Below, piece by piece: positions 7,969-17,104 of a stretch of DNA of 35,910 bases; within the stretch, counting starts at the first letter, position 1, and each line of letters begins with the position of its first letter. A program made the translations under genes and the position numbers. Below the pieces are notes generated by a model. That model was not told where the DNA came from and did no database searches. It saw only the letters and a list, made by a program, of their open reading frames with translations. Source of the stretch: Candidatus Woesearchaeota archaeon (GTDB taxonomy: Archaea > Nanobdellota > Nanobdellia > Woesearchaeales > JAZDKJ01); NCBI GenBank assembly GCA_043815525.1, contig JBDRIZ010000050.1, positions 1 through 35,910 on the forward strand, read 5' to 3'.

Positions 7969-8798
7969 TCTATGCCCTGACAGACAAGTGCAACCTGAAC
8001 TGCATCTTCTGTTCTAACGAGGATTTTAAGACATTTTTTAGCCCTCCAGATTACTTGCCGCCTTCACTAAAGGAGATTGAGCAATGGTTTTCGAGCGTGC
8101 CAAGAAGCGAGGAGAACATCACTCTGACTGGTGGTGAGCCAACCTTAAGGCCTGATTTGTTTGAGGTTTTGGACTTTCTGTCAGCTTCTTACCAGAAAGC
8201 CTGCATCACGCTTCTGACAAATGCCAGGAGGTTTGCTTACGATGATTACGCTGCTAAGTTTGCAAAATATGAGCGTTTGGAGATAGAGATTCCAATTCAT
8301 TCGCATTATGAGCGTGTCCACGATGCTCTTACAGGGTTTGCCGGTAGCTTCAGCCAGACCTTAAAAGGCATACAGAACCTCACAAGCCTTGGTGTCAGGA
8401 CTAATATCAGGGTTGTAATAAACAAACTGAACTATAAAGAACTCGAACAGATGATGCATTTCCTGAAATCAACAGGTGGAATAAACAGGGTGGTTTTCAT
8501 CAACATGCGAATCAAGGGCAGGGCCTCGCTTAACAAGGATGCTCTTCTTGTGAAGTACAAGGAGAGCATGCCATATCTCCGCAAGGCCCTTGCCTTTCTT
8601 AAAGGCAATGGGATTGGAATCCAGTTGCTTCACTTCCCATTTTGCGTTATTGACAAGGGGTACTGGTCATGCACCCTGGAAAATCCCTACAAGGCAAAGG
8701 CCTCTGCCTGTGCAAGCTGCTCTGTTGAAAAAAGATGCCCTGGAATGCTGGACTGCTACTTGAGAATTGTTGGAGAAAAGGAGTTCGTGGCACTATGA
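7962..8798 (+). CDS. radical SAM protein, small paralogue family (short type)
   Basis: ATG 7962 overlaps the upstream TAG. Motifs: CNLNCIFC, LTGGEPTLRPD, IHSHYERVHDALTGFAGSFSQTLKGIQNL, FPFCVIDKGY, CASCSVEKRCPGMLDCYLRIVGEKEF. Confidence 0.9.
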   Translation: MVVYALTDKCNLNCIFCSNEDFKTFFSPPDYLPPSLKEIEQWFSSVPRSEENITLTGGEPTLRPDLFEVLDFLSASYQKACITLLTNARRFAYDDYAAKFAKYERLEIEIPIHSHYERVHDALTGFAGSFSQTLKGIQNLTSLGVRTNIRVVINKLNYKELEQMMHFLKSTGGINRVVFINMRIKGRASLNKDALLVKYKESMPYLRKALAFLKGNGIGIQLLHFPFCVIDKGYWSCTLENPYKAKASACASCSVEKRCPGMLDCYLRIVGEKEFVAL

Positions 8799-9742
8799 AA
8801 TCTATCAAGCGAATGGCAGCCAATATTACACTAATGTTGGTAGTGTTTTTTATAGGTATGGGAATTGCTGAGCTGCTCTCATCATTTTTACTTGGTAAGA
8901 ACCCACCAATTTATACGACAGGCATGACAGTTGCTGGTGTTGATTTGCAGCATGAGATGGAAATCCTAGCTATTCATGAAGGCAGATTTGAGGTAATTGT
9001 TCCGGACAATGATAATTACCGGATAGCCGTGATTGGCGATTCAGTAACAATGGGCGGCGGTCTCAACCTGTCACAGACTTACATACCTAAGCTTGAGCAG
9101 CTTATTGAGACTCGTTTCCACAAAGATATCAGGATTATGAATTTTGCCAATGGCGGCACAAGCACGTATCAACACCTCGAGATACTGGAGAGATTTGTGT
9201 TGCCAAATACACCTGACTTGGTGATTCTCCAGATGAATGAGAATGACTACCAGATAAGAGAGGACATAACCCGCAACACCGCAGCCCTTGATAGGGTTCG
9301 GAGGCTGCTTTTGAGCAAAAAGGACCTGTCGCTTCCTCGATGGTTAAACTACAAGATTCAACTCTACCAATATGACGTGTACATAAGTAACATGAACAAT
9401 ACTGTAATGACATCCAACGTGCTGTCCCCGCTCAATAAGTTTGTCCATCTCCTACAGGAGGAGGATATACCATTTATTTTGTTCAGGGTACCTTGTCCGG
9501 GAGACTTCAAGGAGTACATATATTTTGATAGTGTCGAAAAGTACATCAAAGATGAGGGTTATCCTTATTTCGACCTGATGGGCACCACGTTCGGTCAATT
9601 GGACCCTCATGCTGCATATATGAGTGTCTCCCCCGATGGTAAGGTGCTTGACAGCCATCCTCTTGAGATCGGTCACGACATAATAGCTCAACAACTTTTT
9701 ACGCTGATTGTGCAGGGAGGATACATCAAAGAAGATGGATAG
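8795..9742 (+). CDS. membrane-anchored SGNH/GDSL-type hydrolase
   Basis: The ORF track gives 8735..9742. ATG 8795 gives an ATGA overlap. There is an N-terminal TM helix (ANITLMLVVFFIGMGIAELL). SGNH blocks: IAVIGDSVTMGGG (I), NFANGGTS (II), ILQMNENDY (III), LDSHPLEIGHDIIA (V). Confidence 0.8.
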   Translation: MKSIKRMAANITLMLVVFFIGMGIAELLSSFLLGKNPPIYTTGMTVAGVDLQHEMEILAIHEGRFEVIVPDNDNYRIAVIGDSVTMGGGLNLSQTYIPKLEQLIETRFHKDIRIMNFANGGTSTYQHLEILERFVLPNTPDLVILQMNENDYQIREDITRNTAALDRVRRLLLSKKDLSLPRWLNYKIQLYQYDVYISNMNNTVMTSNVLSPLNKFVHLLQEEDIPFILFRVPCPGDFKEYIYFDSVEKYIKDEGYPYFDLMGTTFGQLDPHAAYMSVSPDGKVLDSHPLEIGHDIIAQQLFTLIVQGGYIKEDG

Positions 9743-10643
9743 GCCAAAAAGGGTCGACATAAGGTTTGGCTACAGCTGCAATAACAATTGCATCTTTTGC
9801 ATAGACAAGGACTCAAGGAACAAGTATCCTGACATGACGACCAATCAGGTCAAACTCATCATAAAAGAAGCTGCAGGTAAGGGTGCTGAGCAGCTGACCT
9901 TCACTGGAGGAGAGCCGACAATCCGAAAAGATATTTTCGACCTTGTGTCATACGCTAAGAGCCTTGGCTTCAAGACCATAATGTTTACCACAAACGCAAG
10001 GATGCTGTCCTACTATCCTTTTGCAAAAAAGCTTACAGAAGTTGGCGTGAACAAGTATATGATATCATTACACGCACATACAAATGAGCTCTACGCCAAG
10101 CTAACCCAGACAGGTGGCTTTGACCAGGCTGTGCAGGGAATCAGAAATATTGTAAGCTTGCAGCAGAAGATCTGTGCAAGCTTTGTAGTTAACAAGCACA
10201 ACTACAGGATTCTTCCCGAATATGCGAGGTTCCTTGTAACTATAGGCATCACTAGTCTATTGCAGATGACCTATGTTATGCCTTGCGGAGGAGACCTGAG
10301 ACTGAACAGCCAGAACATTCCGAGCCTAACTGACGCAACACCATTCATCAAGAGGACAATTGATTTAAGAGAAAGTATCGGAATAGCGGAGATGATAGTG
10401 ATGGACGTGCCATTCTGCTTCCTGCAGGGCTACGAAAAGCACATTAACGAGCTTAACATTCCGCATATGGAGATTCACGCCGCAAACCCCGAGCACTCCA
10501 CTGATGACTACAATTTAAGAAGGAAGACAAACAAGGTCAAGCCAAGGCAGTGCAGAACATGCAGGCATGATGCTGTCTGCGAGGGTGTCTGGCCAGAGTA
10601 TGCAGAGATTTATGGGTTTGAGGAACTGGTTCCAGTGAACTAA
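9735..10643 (+). CDS. radical SAM protein, small paralogue family (long type)
   Basis: The ORF track gives 9708..10643. ATG 9735 gives MDRPKRVDIRFGYSCNNNCIFC. Further motifs: FTGGEPTIRKD, VPFCFLQGYE, CRTCRHDAVCEGVWPEYAEIYGFEE. Confidence 0.9.
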   Translation: MDRPKRVDIRFGYSCNNNCIFCIDKDSRNKYPDMTTNQVKLIIKEAAGKGAEQLTFTGGEPTIRKDIFDLVSYAKSLGFKTIMFTTNARMLSYYPFAKKLTEVGVNKYMISLHAHTNELYAKLTQTGGFDQAVQGIRNIVSLQQKICASFVVNKHNYRILPEYARFLVTIGITSLLQMTYVMPCGGDLRLNSQNIPSLTDATPFIKRTIDLRESIGIAEMIVMDVPFCFLQGYEKHINELNIPHMEIHAANPEHSTDDYNLRRKTNKVKPRQCRTCRHDAVCEGVWPEYAEIYGFEELVPVN

Positions 10644-11632
10644 TGATTAAAGCAAAGAGATTGTTAATGAACATCTCGCTTAGCATGATTATTATATTTC
10701 TGATGATCTCTGGCATTGAGCTGTATCTTAGGATTCACTACTCTGGCTTGCTAGCTCAGATACTGACTGGCAAAATGACTGGCTATCCCAATGCCGTGGA
10801 ATCTCTGGGCAAGCTCAGCCAAGGCTATCCTCTCACCCCTAATACAACTGTGGTTTACACTGGATACCTTACATTCCTACAGCCATCAACAATAACAACA
10901 AATAGCCAAGGATTTCGTGATGTTGAGCACAATAAGGGCAAGCCGGCAAATACTGTTCGTATTTTAAGTCTTGGGGATAGTGTCGCTTTCGGTGAGGGTG
11001 TCAATCTGGAAGATACATACGCCAAGGTTCTGGAGAGAAAGCTAAACAATCATAGTACAAAGAAGTACGAAGTCTTGAACTTTGGTCGTTTTGCCTACGG
11101 AACCATGGACGAACTTGAGCTTCTTGAGAAGAAAGGCTTGGATTATAGTCCTGACATCGTCATTTTGATGATGGTCTATAATGACTTTCAGAATGTGGGT
11201 ACTGTTCAGAATGACAACTTGTTATTGGAATCTGTCAGGAGGGATACTGCAAATTCAAGCTTGAGACTCTCACAATGGTTGGATAGAAAGCTTACTATCT
11301 TGGAATATAGGAAAAGCGAAAATATGTACAATGAGACAGACAAATACAATCTCGTAAAATTGCCCTTGGAAGGCATTATCAATCTTTGCCTTCAGCATGA
11401 TATCCATTTGATGGTGCTCCAGTATCACGGCCACCAGCCATATATGGATGATATCAGTAATTTTCTCGCAACACAGGGTATTAGAACCATAGACCTACAG
11501 AAGTCAAAATTGGTGACAGACTACAGAAATGGAGAAATTATGTTGCCAGACGGACATCCTACGCCTCTTGGCCACCAGATTATAGCAGATATATTATTTG
11601 AGAATCTTATTGAGGAAAAAATCTTGAAATGA
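10643..11632 (+). CDS. membrane-anchored SGNH/GDSL-type hydrolase (paralogue of 8795..9742)
   Basis: 1-nt overlap with the upstream TAA. There is an N-terminal TM helix (MNISLSMIIIFLMISGIELYL). SGNH blocks: ILSLGDSVAFGEG, NFGRFAYGT, ILMMVYNDF, LPDGHPTPLGHQIIA. Confidence 0.8.
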   Translation: MIKAKRLLMNISLSMIIIFLMISGIELYLRIHYSGLLAQILTGKMTGYPNAVESLGKLSQGYPLTPNTTVVYTGYLTFLQPSTITTNSQGFRDVEHNKGKPANTVRILSLGDSVAFGEGVNLEDTYAKVLERKLNNHSTKKYEVLNFGRFAYGTMDELELLEKKGLDYSPDIVILMMVYNDFQNVGTVQNDNLLLESVRRDTANSSLRLSQWLDRKLTILEYRKSENMYNETDKYNLVKLPLEGIINLCLQHDIHLMVLQYHGHQPYMDDISNFLATQGIRTIDLQKSKLVTDYRNGEIMLPDGHPTPLGHQIIADILFENLIEEKILK

Positions 11633-12528
11633 GTCAGATAGAAGAGCCAAGATATTGTTTATTTGAACATAAGTATGAGAACAAAGAATGGGTGGGGTAT
11701 ACAAAATTTATCCCGGAAGTCCTTGCAGTTAGGATTGGTGTTAAGCCGGTAATGAGAATCCCAATCAATCCTAATTTTGGGTACCCTAAGTTCAAAGAGC
11801 TGTGCAAAAGATTCGGTCTTGTGACGGGACTCTCAGATTACCAAATTAGGGAGCCCTACACACCAAAGGATATCCTGCCTTCTAAAACGCCTTATGGGCA
11901 CTATTTCATGTATGTTAGCAGAACGCAGGACCTGATTGAGCTGGCAAAAAAGTATGATTTATACGACCAGGATAGGTTCGGAGAGCTAATGGGCTATCCC
12001 CGGTGCTGCATTGACTATTACAGTCGAGTTTCAAACTCTCCCCCAGTCCACGAGGTTTATGGTTATGTGCATAGCAAAAGACCACTGTTTTGGCAGAATA
12101 ATTATCTATTACGCTTTAATTCCAACTACTATCTTCATGCATATTTTTTATGTTCTTTTGACTGCATGGATTCAAGGAAGCGGGGGCAGAAGATATTCGA
12201 AGCAATAAGGAAATTTGATGAGGTGTATGCAAGAAAGATAGAGCACCATCTCAAGCTTCCAATCCTCTTGGATGACACAAGGCCAGGAGGGATTCTTCAC
12301 AACTGGGACCGGCTCAAGGGCGTTGTTTTCAACGGTTCTTGGCATAATAATATCATTGTCTACTCAGGTCAATTGTCCCTTTGGCAGGGAGCATACTTCC
12401 CGATTTTTTCGAAATCCAATCAAGTTTTAATAAATGCAGATTCAATGTACCTATATTCCGATGGTAGGTTGATAGGAAAGATTAAAATAACAAACAATTT
12501 TGAGTCATTTTTCCTGCAATTTAGTTAA
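11629..12528 (+). CDS. hypothetical Cys-motif protein (GYPRCC ... C-x3-C)
   Basis: ATGA overlap with the upstream gene and GAGG upstream. The conserved-looking motifs are FGELMGYPRCCIDYY and HAYFLCSFDCMDS. There is no TM segment. It is the last gene of operon 1. I do not recognise the family with confidence. Confidence 0.8.
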   Translation: MSQIEEPRYCLFEHKYENKEWVGYTKFIPEVLAVRIGVKPVMRIPINPNFGYPKFKELCKRFGLVTGLSDYQIREPYTPKDILPSKTPYGHYFMYVSRTQDLIELAKKYDLYDQDRFGELMGYPRCCIDYYSRVSNSPPVHEVYGYVHSKRPLFWQNNYLLRFNSNYYLHAYFLCSFDCMDSRKRGQKIFEAIRKFDEVYARKIEHHLKLPILLDDTRPGGILHNWDRLKGVVFNGSWHNNIIVYSGQLSLWQGAYFPIFSKSNQVLINADSMYLYSDGRLIGKIKITNNFESFFLQFS

Positions 12529-12728
12529 AAAGTGTATCATATTTATGAGGTATAATAAGCAATTGTTCGAACAGTAAAAATGAAGAAGAATATTGACATC
12601 GTCTGCGCGCAGAATCTGCTTCGGGAGTCTGACGCTTAGGGCATCTGGAATGAAGTGACATGTACGCGAAGGAATAGGCGGACTACTCAAACAAATTGGG
12701 ATATGCTAAATGGTATTGGAGAGCTTGA

Positions 12729-12740
12729 TTAATATATTTT
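12729..12740 (+). promoter_or_regulatory. TATA-like box heading the second operon
   Basis: ttaatatatttt ends 25 nt upstream of ATG 12766, inside the only sizeable + strand gap (12529-12765). Confidence 0.4.
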
Positions 12741-12765
12741 CAAGTATTATTGAGAGGATTATAGC

Positions 12766-13662
12766 ATGAAACGGATCGATATCAAGGTAGATTATCGATG
12801 TAACAATAATTGCATTTTTTGCGTCATAGGCGAAGAGGGGCGCAAAGCCAAAGGAGTCACCGTTAGTGAGATAAAAAAAGAACTTGATTTTGCCAGACAA
12901 AGTGGAGCAACAGAGGTAGCTTTCACTGGCGGTGAGCCGACGATTCGAAAGGAAATAATTGAATTGATCAAATATGCCAAAAATTTGGATTATAAAAGTA
13001 TCATGCTGATAACGAATGGGAGAATGCTGTCGAAAAAAGAATTTGCCAGAAAGAGTGTTAATGCCGGATGTAACAAGTTCATGTTTAGCATCCACGGCAT
13101 CGGTAATAACCATGATGATTTAACAAGATCACCCGGAAGTTTTAAGCAAGCAATACAGGGCATGAAAAACATAAAAAATCTTGGACAAGAGATGATAAGT
13201 GACACTGTAGCTACAAAGCAGAACTACAAGAACCTTCCGGAAATTATCCATACCCTCATTAATCATGGTTCTCAAATCTGCCAGATTGATTTTGTCATTC
13301 CTTCCGGTAATGCTCTGAAATTCAAAGAAATCGTTTTGCCAAGGTTGAGCGAGTGCGCACCTTATGTTCATAAGACAATAGACTATGTCACAAACAAGGG
13401 AAAGAGCCAGATTATTGTTATGGGAATTCCAAATTGCTTTATGAAGGGTTATGAGACATACATGAATGAGCCGCGCGTTCCGTCAATCAACATTGTGTCC
13501 CCTCAGAGTGTGCATGCTGAAGTGGACTACAATACACAAAGAAAAAGCAACAAAGTGAGACTGGATGCATGTTGTGTATGTGAACATTTTATTAGGTGTG
13601 AAGGTATATGGCCTAATTATCTAGCACAATTCGGACAAGGTGAGTTCGTTCCAGAAAGATGA
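12766..13662 (+). CDS. radical SAM protein, small paralogue family (long type)
   Basis: Motifs: MKRIDIKVDYRCNNNCIFC, FTGGEPTIRKE, IHGIGNNHDDLTRSPGSFKQAIQGMKNI, IPNCFMKGYE, CCVCEHFIRCEGIWPNYLAQFGQGEF. Confidence 0.92.
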   Translation: MKRIDIKVDYRCNNNCIFCVIGEEGRKAKGVTVSEIKKELDFARQSGATEVAFTGGEPTIRKEIIELIKYAKNLDYKSIMLITNGRMLSKKEFARKSVNAGCNKFMFSIHGIGNNHDDLTRSPGSFKQAIQGMKNIKNLGQEMISDTVATKQNYKNLPEIIHTLINHGSQICQIDFVIPSGNALKFKEIVLPRLSECAPYVHKTIDYVTNKGKSQIIVMGIPNCFMKGYETYMNEPRVPSINIVSPQSVHAEVDYNTQRKSNKVRLDACCVCEHFIRCEGIWPNYLAQFGQGEFVPER

Positions 13663-14318
13663 ACTTGAAAGACATCGCTCGTATCAAGATGGCTGCAGTC
13701 TACATAATGGCTTTTCTTTTGATTGCCAGCATCTATCTAAATATTAGGGTGTTATCCCACGATTTTTGTTCCTTGAACATGAAGCAGACTGCTGAGGAAA
13801 AGCGCATGGTATATGCCAAGGAAAGGAATTATTCTCAGGATGGGGTTCCATTGAAGACTTTCAGGAAGTTTGACTATGACTGGAAGGATTCTGTTACAAT
13901 AACTAGCATTTCAGCAAGTTCCTTGGAAGACAGTGGAGCTAACCTAAAGGACTTGAGTGCCTCGCTTGCAAACAACAGCATACTGATAAGGTTGACATCA
14001 GCTGACAAATTCAATTCTGAGTTAGGCTATGACTTTTACTTATATGGCACCAATCATTACCAGATTAGGGTTTTTCCGGGTGTTGGTTATTATGTTTATA
14101 AGCAGGTGGATCAATCGCCAGAGATAGAGCATGTTGAAGGTAGCAGTAACATCTATGTGTACAACGACGAGAGAATATTGACCATCAGGTGCCCCTTGAA
14201 TATTTTGAATGTTGGCCAGCAGGTGGATATAAATGTGGCTGTCTTTAGTCCTGTCACCATGACATTTGATAAAAGCCAGTTTACAAAACCGATTGTTCTT
14301 GCTGTGCCGAAAGGATAG
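13659..14318 (+). CDS. signal-anchored extracytoplasmic protein, paralogue family A (1 of 4)
   Basis: ATGA overlap with the upstream gene. There is an N-terminal TM helix (AAVYIMAFLLIASIYL). Shared blocks are NLKDLSASLANNSILIRLTS and YDFYLYGTNHYQIRVFPGVGYYVYKQ, compared with 28597..29244, 18005..18793 and 18803..19312. Confidence 0.8.
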   Translation: MNLKDIARIKMAAVYIMAFLLIASIYLNIRVLSHDFCSLNMKQTAEEKRMVYAKERNYSQDGVPLKTFRKFDYDWKDSVTITSISASSLEDSGANLKDLSASLANNSILIRLTSADKFNSELGYDFYLYGTNHYQIRVFPGVGYYVYKQVDQSPEIEHVEGSSNIYVYNDERILTIRCPLNILNVGQQVDINVAVFSPVTMTFDKSQFTKPIVLAVPKG

Positions 14319-15301
14319 TGATTCCCGTGAGCCAGAATATACCACCAAGAATGATAGAAATCGGGTCTGATTGTAATCAACATTGCACGTTTTGCTGCCA
14401 GGCAGACCAGCGCGGCCTGCCTGACAAGGGTACTGAGCAGATAAAGAGGGAGATTGACCGGGCCGCAGCGGACGGTGTTAATAATCTGTCCATCCAAGGA
14501 GGAGAATTCACCATCAGGCCCGATTGCATAGAGTTGGTTGAGTTCGCTTTCCAAAAGAATTGTTTCAAAAATATTCATGTCACTACAAACGGACTAGTGT
14601 TTGCTTACAAGGCATTTTCTCAAAGAATTGCGCAAGCAGGCCTTTCAGCAGCTAATTTCTCCATTCATAGCCCTCGAGCTAAAGTCCATGATGCCTTGAC
14701 AAGGCGTTCAGGCAGCTTTGAATTGTCTATTAATGGTATTAGGAATCTTTCCCAATGCTATAACCCAACCTCGCAAGGAAGAGTGAACATCTGTAGTTCG
14801 ATTACTGTTGTAAAGCACAATTTTCACGACTTAATCAAGTTGATTGACCTTTTGGCAGATTTAGGCATCCATGATTTCCATTTGAACTATGCAATCCCAA
14901 CAGGCAATGCTCTGAAAAATTTCGATTCAGTAGTGCCGAGATTTTCAGAAATCTCAGGTTTTGTCCACAAAGCGATTTCTCATTGCGTAGAAAAAGAATA
15001 TAAAATATTTGTTACAGGTATTCCTTTGTGTTTCATGACTGGATTCGAAGTGTATCTTGATGAAGCTCATAAATCAGAATTTACCATGGTCCCATTTCAT
15101 CACCCAGGCAAGGATATCATTACCAATTACAAGGCGGAAGTACGGATGAGTATGAAGGTCAAGCACGATAAGTGTAAGAATTGTGGTTACGATCGGATAT
15201 GTGAGGGTGTTTTTAAAAACTATGTAGATGTCCACGGTTTTGAGGAAATGAACCCTAGCAAAAGAAAATTTGAGTCTTTGTTTGATTGGCATATTGGGTA
15301 G
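14318..15301 (+). CDS. radical SAM protein, small paralogue family (long type, divergent GGEF)
   Basis: GTG 14318 overlaps the upstream TAG by 1 nt; the alternative start is ATG 14351. Motifs: CNQHCTFCC, IQGGEFTIRPD, IHSPRAKVHDALTRRSGSFELSINGIRNL, IPLCFMTGFE, CKNCGYDRICEGVFKNYVDVHGFEE. Confidence 0.88.
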   Translation: MIPVSQNIPPRMIEIGSDCNQHCTFCCQADQRGLPDKGTEQIKREIDRAAADGVNNLSIQGGEFTIRPDCIELVEFAFQKNCFKNIHVTTNGLVFAYKAFSQRIAQAGLSAANFSIHSPRAKVHDALTRRSGSFELSINGIRNLSQCYNPTSQGRVNICSSITVVKHNFHDLIKLIDLLADLGIHDFHLNYAIPTGNALKNFDSVVPRFSEISGFVHKAISHCVEKEYKIFVTGIPLCFMTGFEVYLDEAHKSEFTMVPFHHPGKDIITNYKAEVRMSMKVKHDKCKNCGYDRICEGVFKNYVDVHGFEEMNPSKRKFESLFDWHIG

Positions 15302-15302
15302 C

Positions 15303-16148
15303 ATGGCATTAAGAATTTTTGAGCTTGATAACATCGTTTGGAATACAGAGGGTTCGGTATTTGAGAGGCTTCCACCATTTCATCTAAAAGGCAACCAAGA
15401 ACTTGTGGATTCAAAAGGAAAATCTATCAGGTTGGATGAGCATGCTTCACTTGTTTTCAGATTTATTAAAAGCCAAGGGGATATGATATCAATATCCCGT
15501 TACTATCAAGAAGAATTGATCTTTGACATTTTGCATCAGTTTGGTTTGATGAATTTCCTATGTTTCCTGACAATTGAATGGGATAAGGGCCTGGGAACAT
15601 TTAGGAAAGAAATCAAAAATCCTGAAGGCAATATCCGGATGAATCAGGAGGACATCAGTTTTATCAATACAAAATCAGCATATTTTTCGATTGTTGGCCA
15701 GGCTTTAGGCTGGGAAGGAAAGGGATACGACTCCTTGGTATTTTATGAAAAAGCAGTCGAGCTTGACCAAGAGAACCTATCTGCTCTTCTTGGTATTGCA
15801 CTCATCTTTTTCCAAAGGCATGAAACTGGCAAAGCCCTTGAGATATTTGATAGTCTGAAAGAAAAGATGAGGCATCCAGCAATACCTCTGTGCATGGCCA
15901 GAATCTACCGCGAAATAGGTGATTTGGGGCAGAGCATTAAGTTTTATGAGGACGCTGTTTCCCAGAATCCAGTGGATTGGATAGTCTACCAGGAGTTAGG
16001 TGAATTGTTTGAGATAACCAAACAGTATACCAACGAGTACAATTCAGTTCTTAAAGCTATTGAGAACAATCCACCGCCAGAAAAGTTGAAGTTATTTCGC
16101 AAAAGATTATATGTATTGACACAGCTAACCAAAGGAGATGGCATTTGA
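15303..16148 (+). CDS. TPR-repeat protein
   Basis: The ORF track gives 15270..16148. ATG 15303 lies 2 nt after the upstream TAG. The C-terminal half has TPR-like 34-mers (YEKAVELDQENLSALLGIALIFF..., ARIYREIGDLGQSIKFYEDAVSQNP, ELGELFEITKQYTNEYNSVLKAIENNP). Confidence 0.8.
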   Translation: MALRIFELDNIVWNTEGSVFERLPPFHLKGNQELVDSKGKSIRLDEHASLVFRFIKSQGDMISISRYYQEELIFDILHQFGLMNFLCFLTIEWDKGLGTFRKEIKNPEGNIRMNQEDISFINTKSAYFSIVGQALGWEGKGYDSLVFYEKAVELDQENLSALLGIALIFFQRHETGKALEIFDSLKEKMRHPAIPLCMARIYREIGDLGQSIKFYEDAVSQNPVDWIVYQELGELFEITKQYTNEYNSVLKAIENNPPPEKLKLFRKRLYVLTQLTKGDGI

Positions 16149-17104
16149 GTCAATTGGAGAACGATCTGGTCTTTGTAGAAAAGAAAAGGGCAATTTTCAA
16201 CATTGGGTACACCTGCAATAACAATTGCCGGTTCTGCGCTATTGCCAAGACAAGGGAGATGGTCTCGGACCTGACGACTGAGCAGATTAAAAGCAAGATT
16301 AGGCAGGTTAGAGAGGAAGGTGCCGAGGAATTGATTTTTTCAGGAGGCGAGTCTTCTGTCAGGCCTGATTTTGTAGAGATTGTGGACTTTTCTCGAAGAG
16401 TGGGGTTTAGCCATATTGAGATAACGACAAATGGAAGAATGTTTTCGTACAAGAAGTTCTGCCATGACATTGTTAGGGCAGGTCTTCATTATTTCCGGTT
16501 TTCAATTCATGGTCCGAATACAGAGATTCATGATTATCTGACCAGGACTCAAGGAAGTTATGATGAGGCTTTGAGAGGTATAGACAATATTAAGGCCATT
16601 GCCCAAGATTGGAGAAAGTGGTCAGTGGAGCCACTTTATATTGAAATAACTACTGCAATTGTCAAAAGCAACTATCAAGTATTGAAAGATATTGTGAAGC
16701 TGGCAGTAGACATGCAAGTGGATCAGCACAATATGAATTTTGTTATACCATGGGGCTCTGCGTGGATTCATAAGAGAGGGCTTATCCCAAAGATATCAGA
16801 TGTTATCCCTTACTTGTTTGATGCGATTAATTACGATAAGTGCCATAAGAGGATTGTAAAAAAAATCGCAAATATCCCTTTTTGTTTTATGAAGGGTTAT
16901 GAGGAATATATCAGTGAAGTTGCCGAAGGCAGGATTGATATCATGAATCCGCAGGGCGACCCCTTTGACTATCAAAACCACAGGCGAGCAAAAAAATGCA
17001 ACATGGAAGCATGCAAGGATTGTCAGCGTTATCATTTGTGCGAAGGGATGTACTATGAGTATATAGAAATCTACGGTGATTCCGAGTTCAGTGCTGTCAA
17101 ATGA
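16145..17104 (+). CDS. radical SAM protein, small paralogue family (long type, divergent GGES)
   Basis: The TTG start overlaps the upstream TGA, with AGGAG 8 nt upstream. Motifs: CNNNCRFC, FSGGESSVRPD, IHGPNTEIHDYLTRTQGSYDEALRGIDNI, IPFCFMKGYE, CKDCQRYHLCEGMYYEYIEIYGDSEF. Confidence 0.88.
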   Translation: MSQLENDLVFVEKKRAIFNIGYTCNNNCRFCAIAKTREMVSDLTTEQIKSKIRQVREEGAEELIFSGGESSVRPDFVEIVDFSRRVGFSHIEITTNGRMFSYKKFCHDIVRAGLHYFRFSIHGPNTEIHDYLTRTQGSYDEALRGIDNIKAIAQDWRKWSVEPLYIEITTAIVKSNYQVLKDIVKLAVDMQVDQHNMNFVIPWGSAWIHKRGLIPKISDVIPYLFDAINYDKCHKRIVKKIANIPFCFMKGYEEYISEVAEGRIDIMNPQGDPFDYQNHRRAKKCNMEACKDCQRYHLCEGMYYEYIEIYGDSEFSAVK

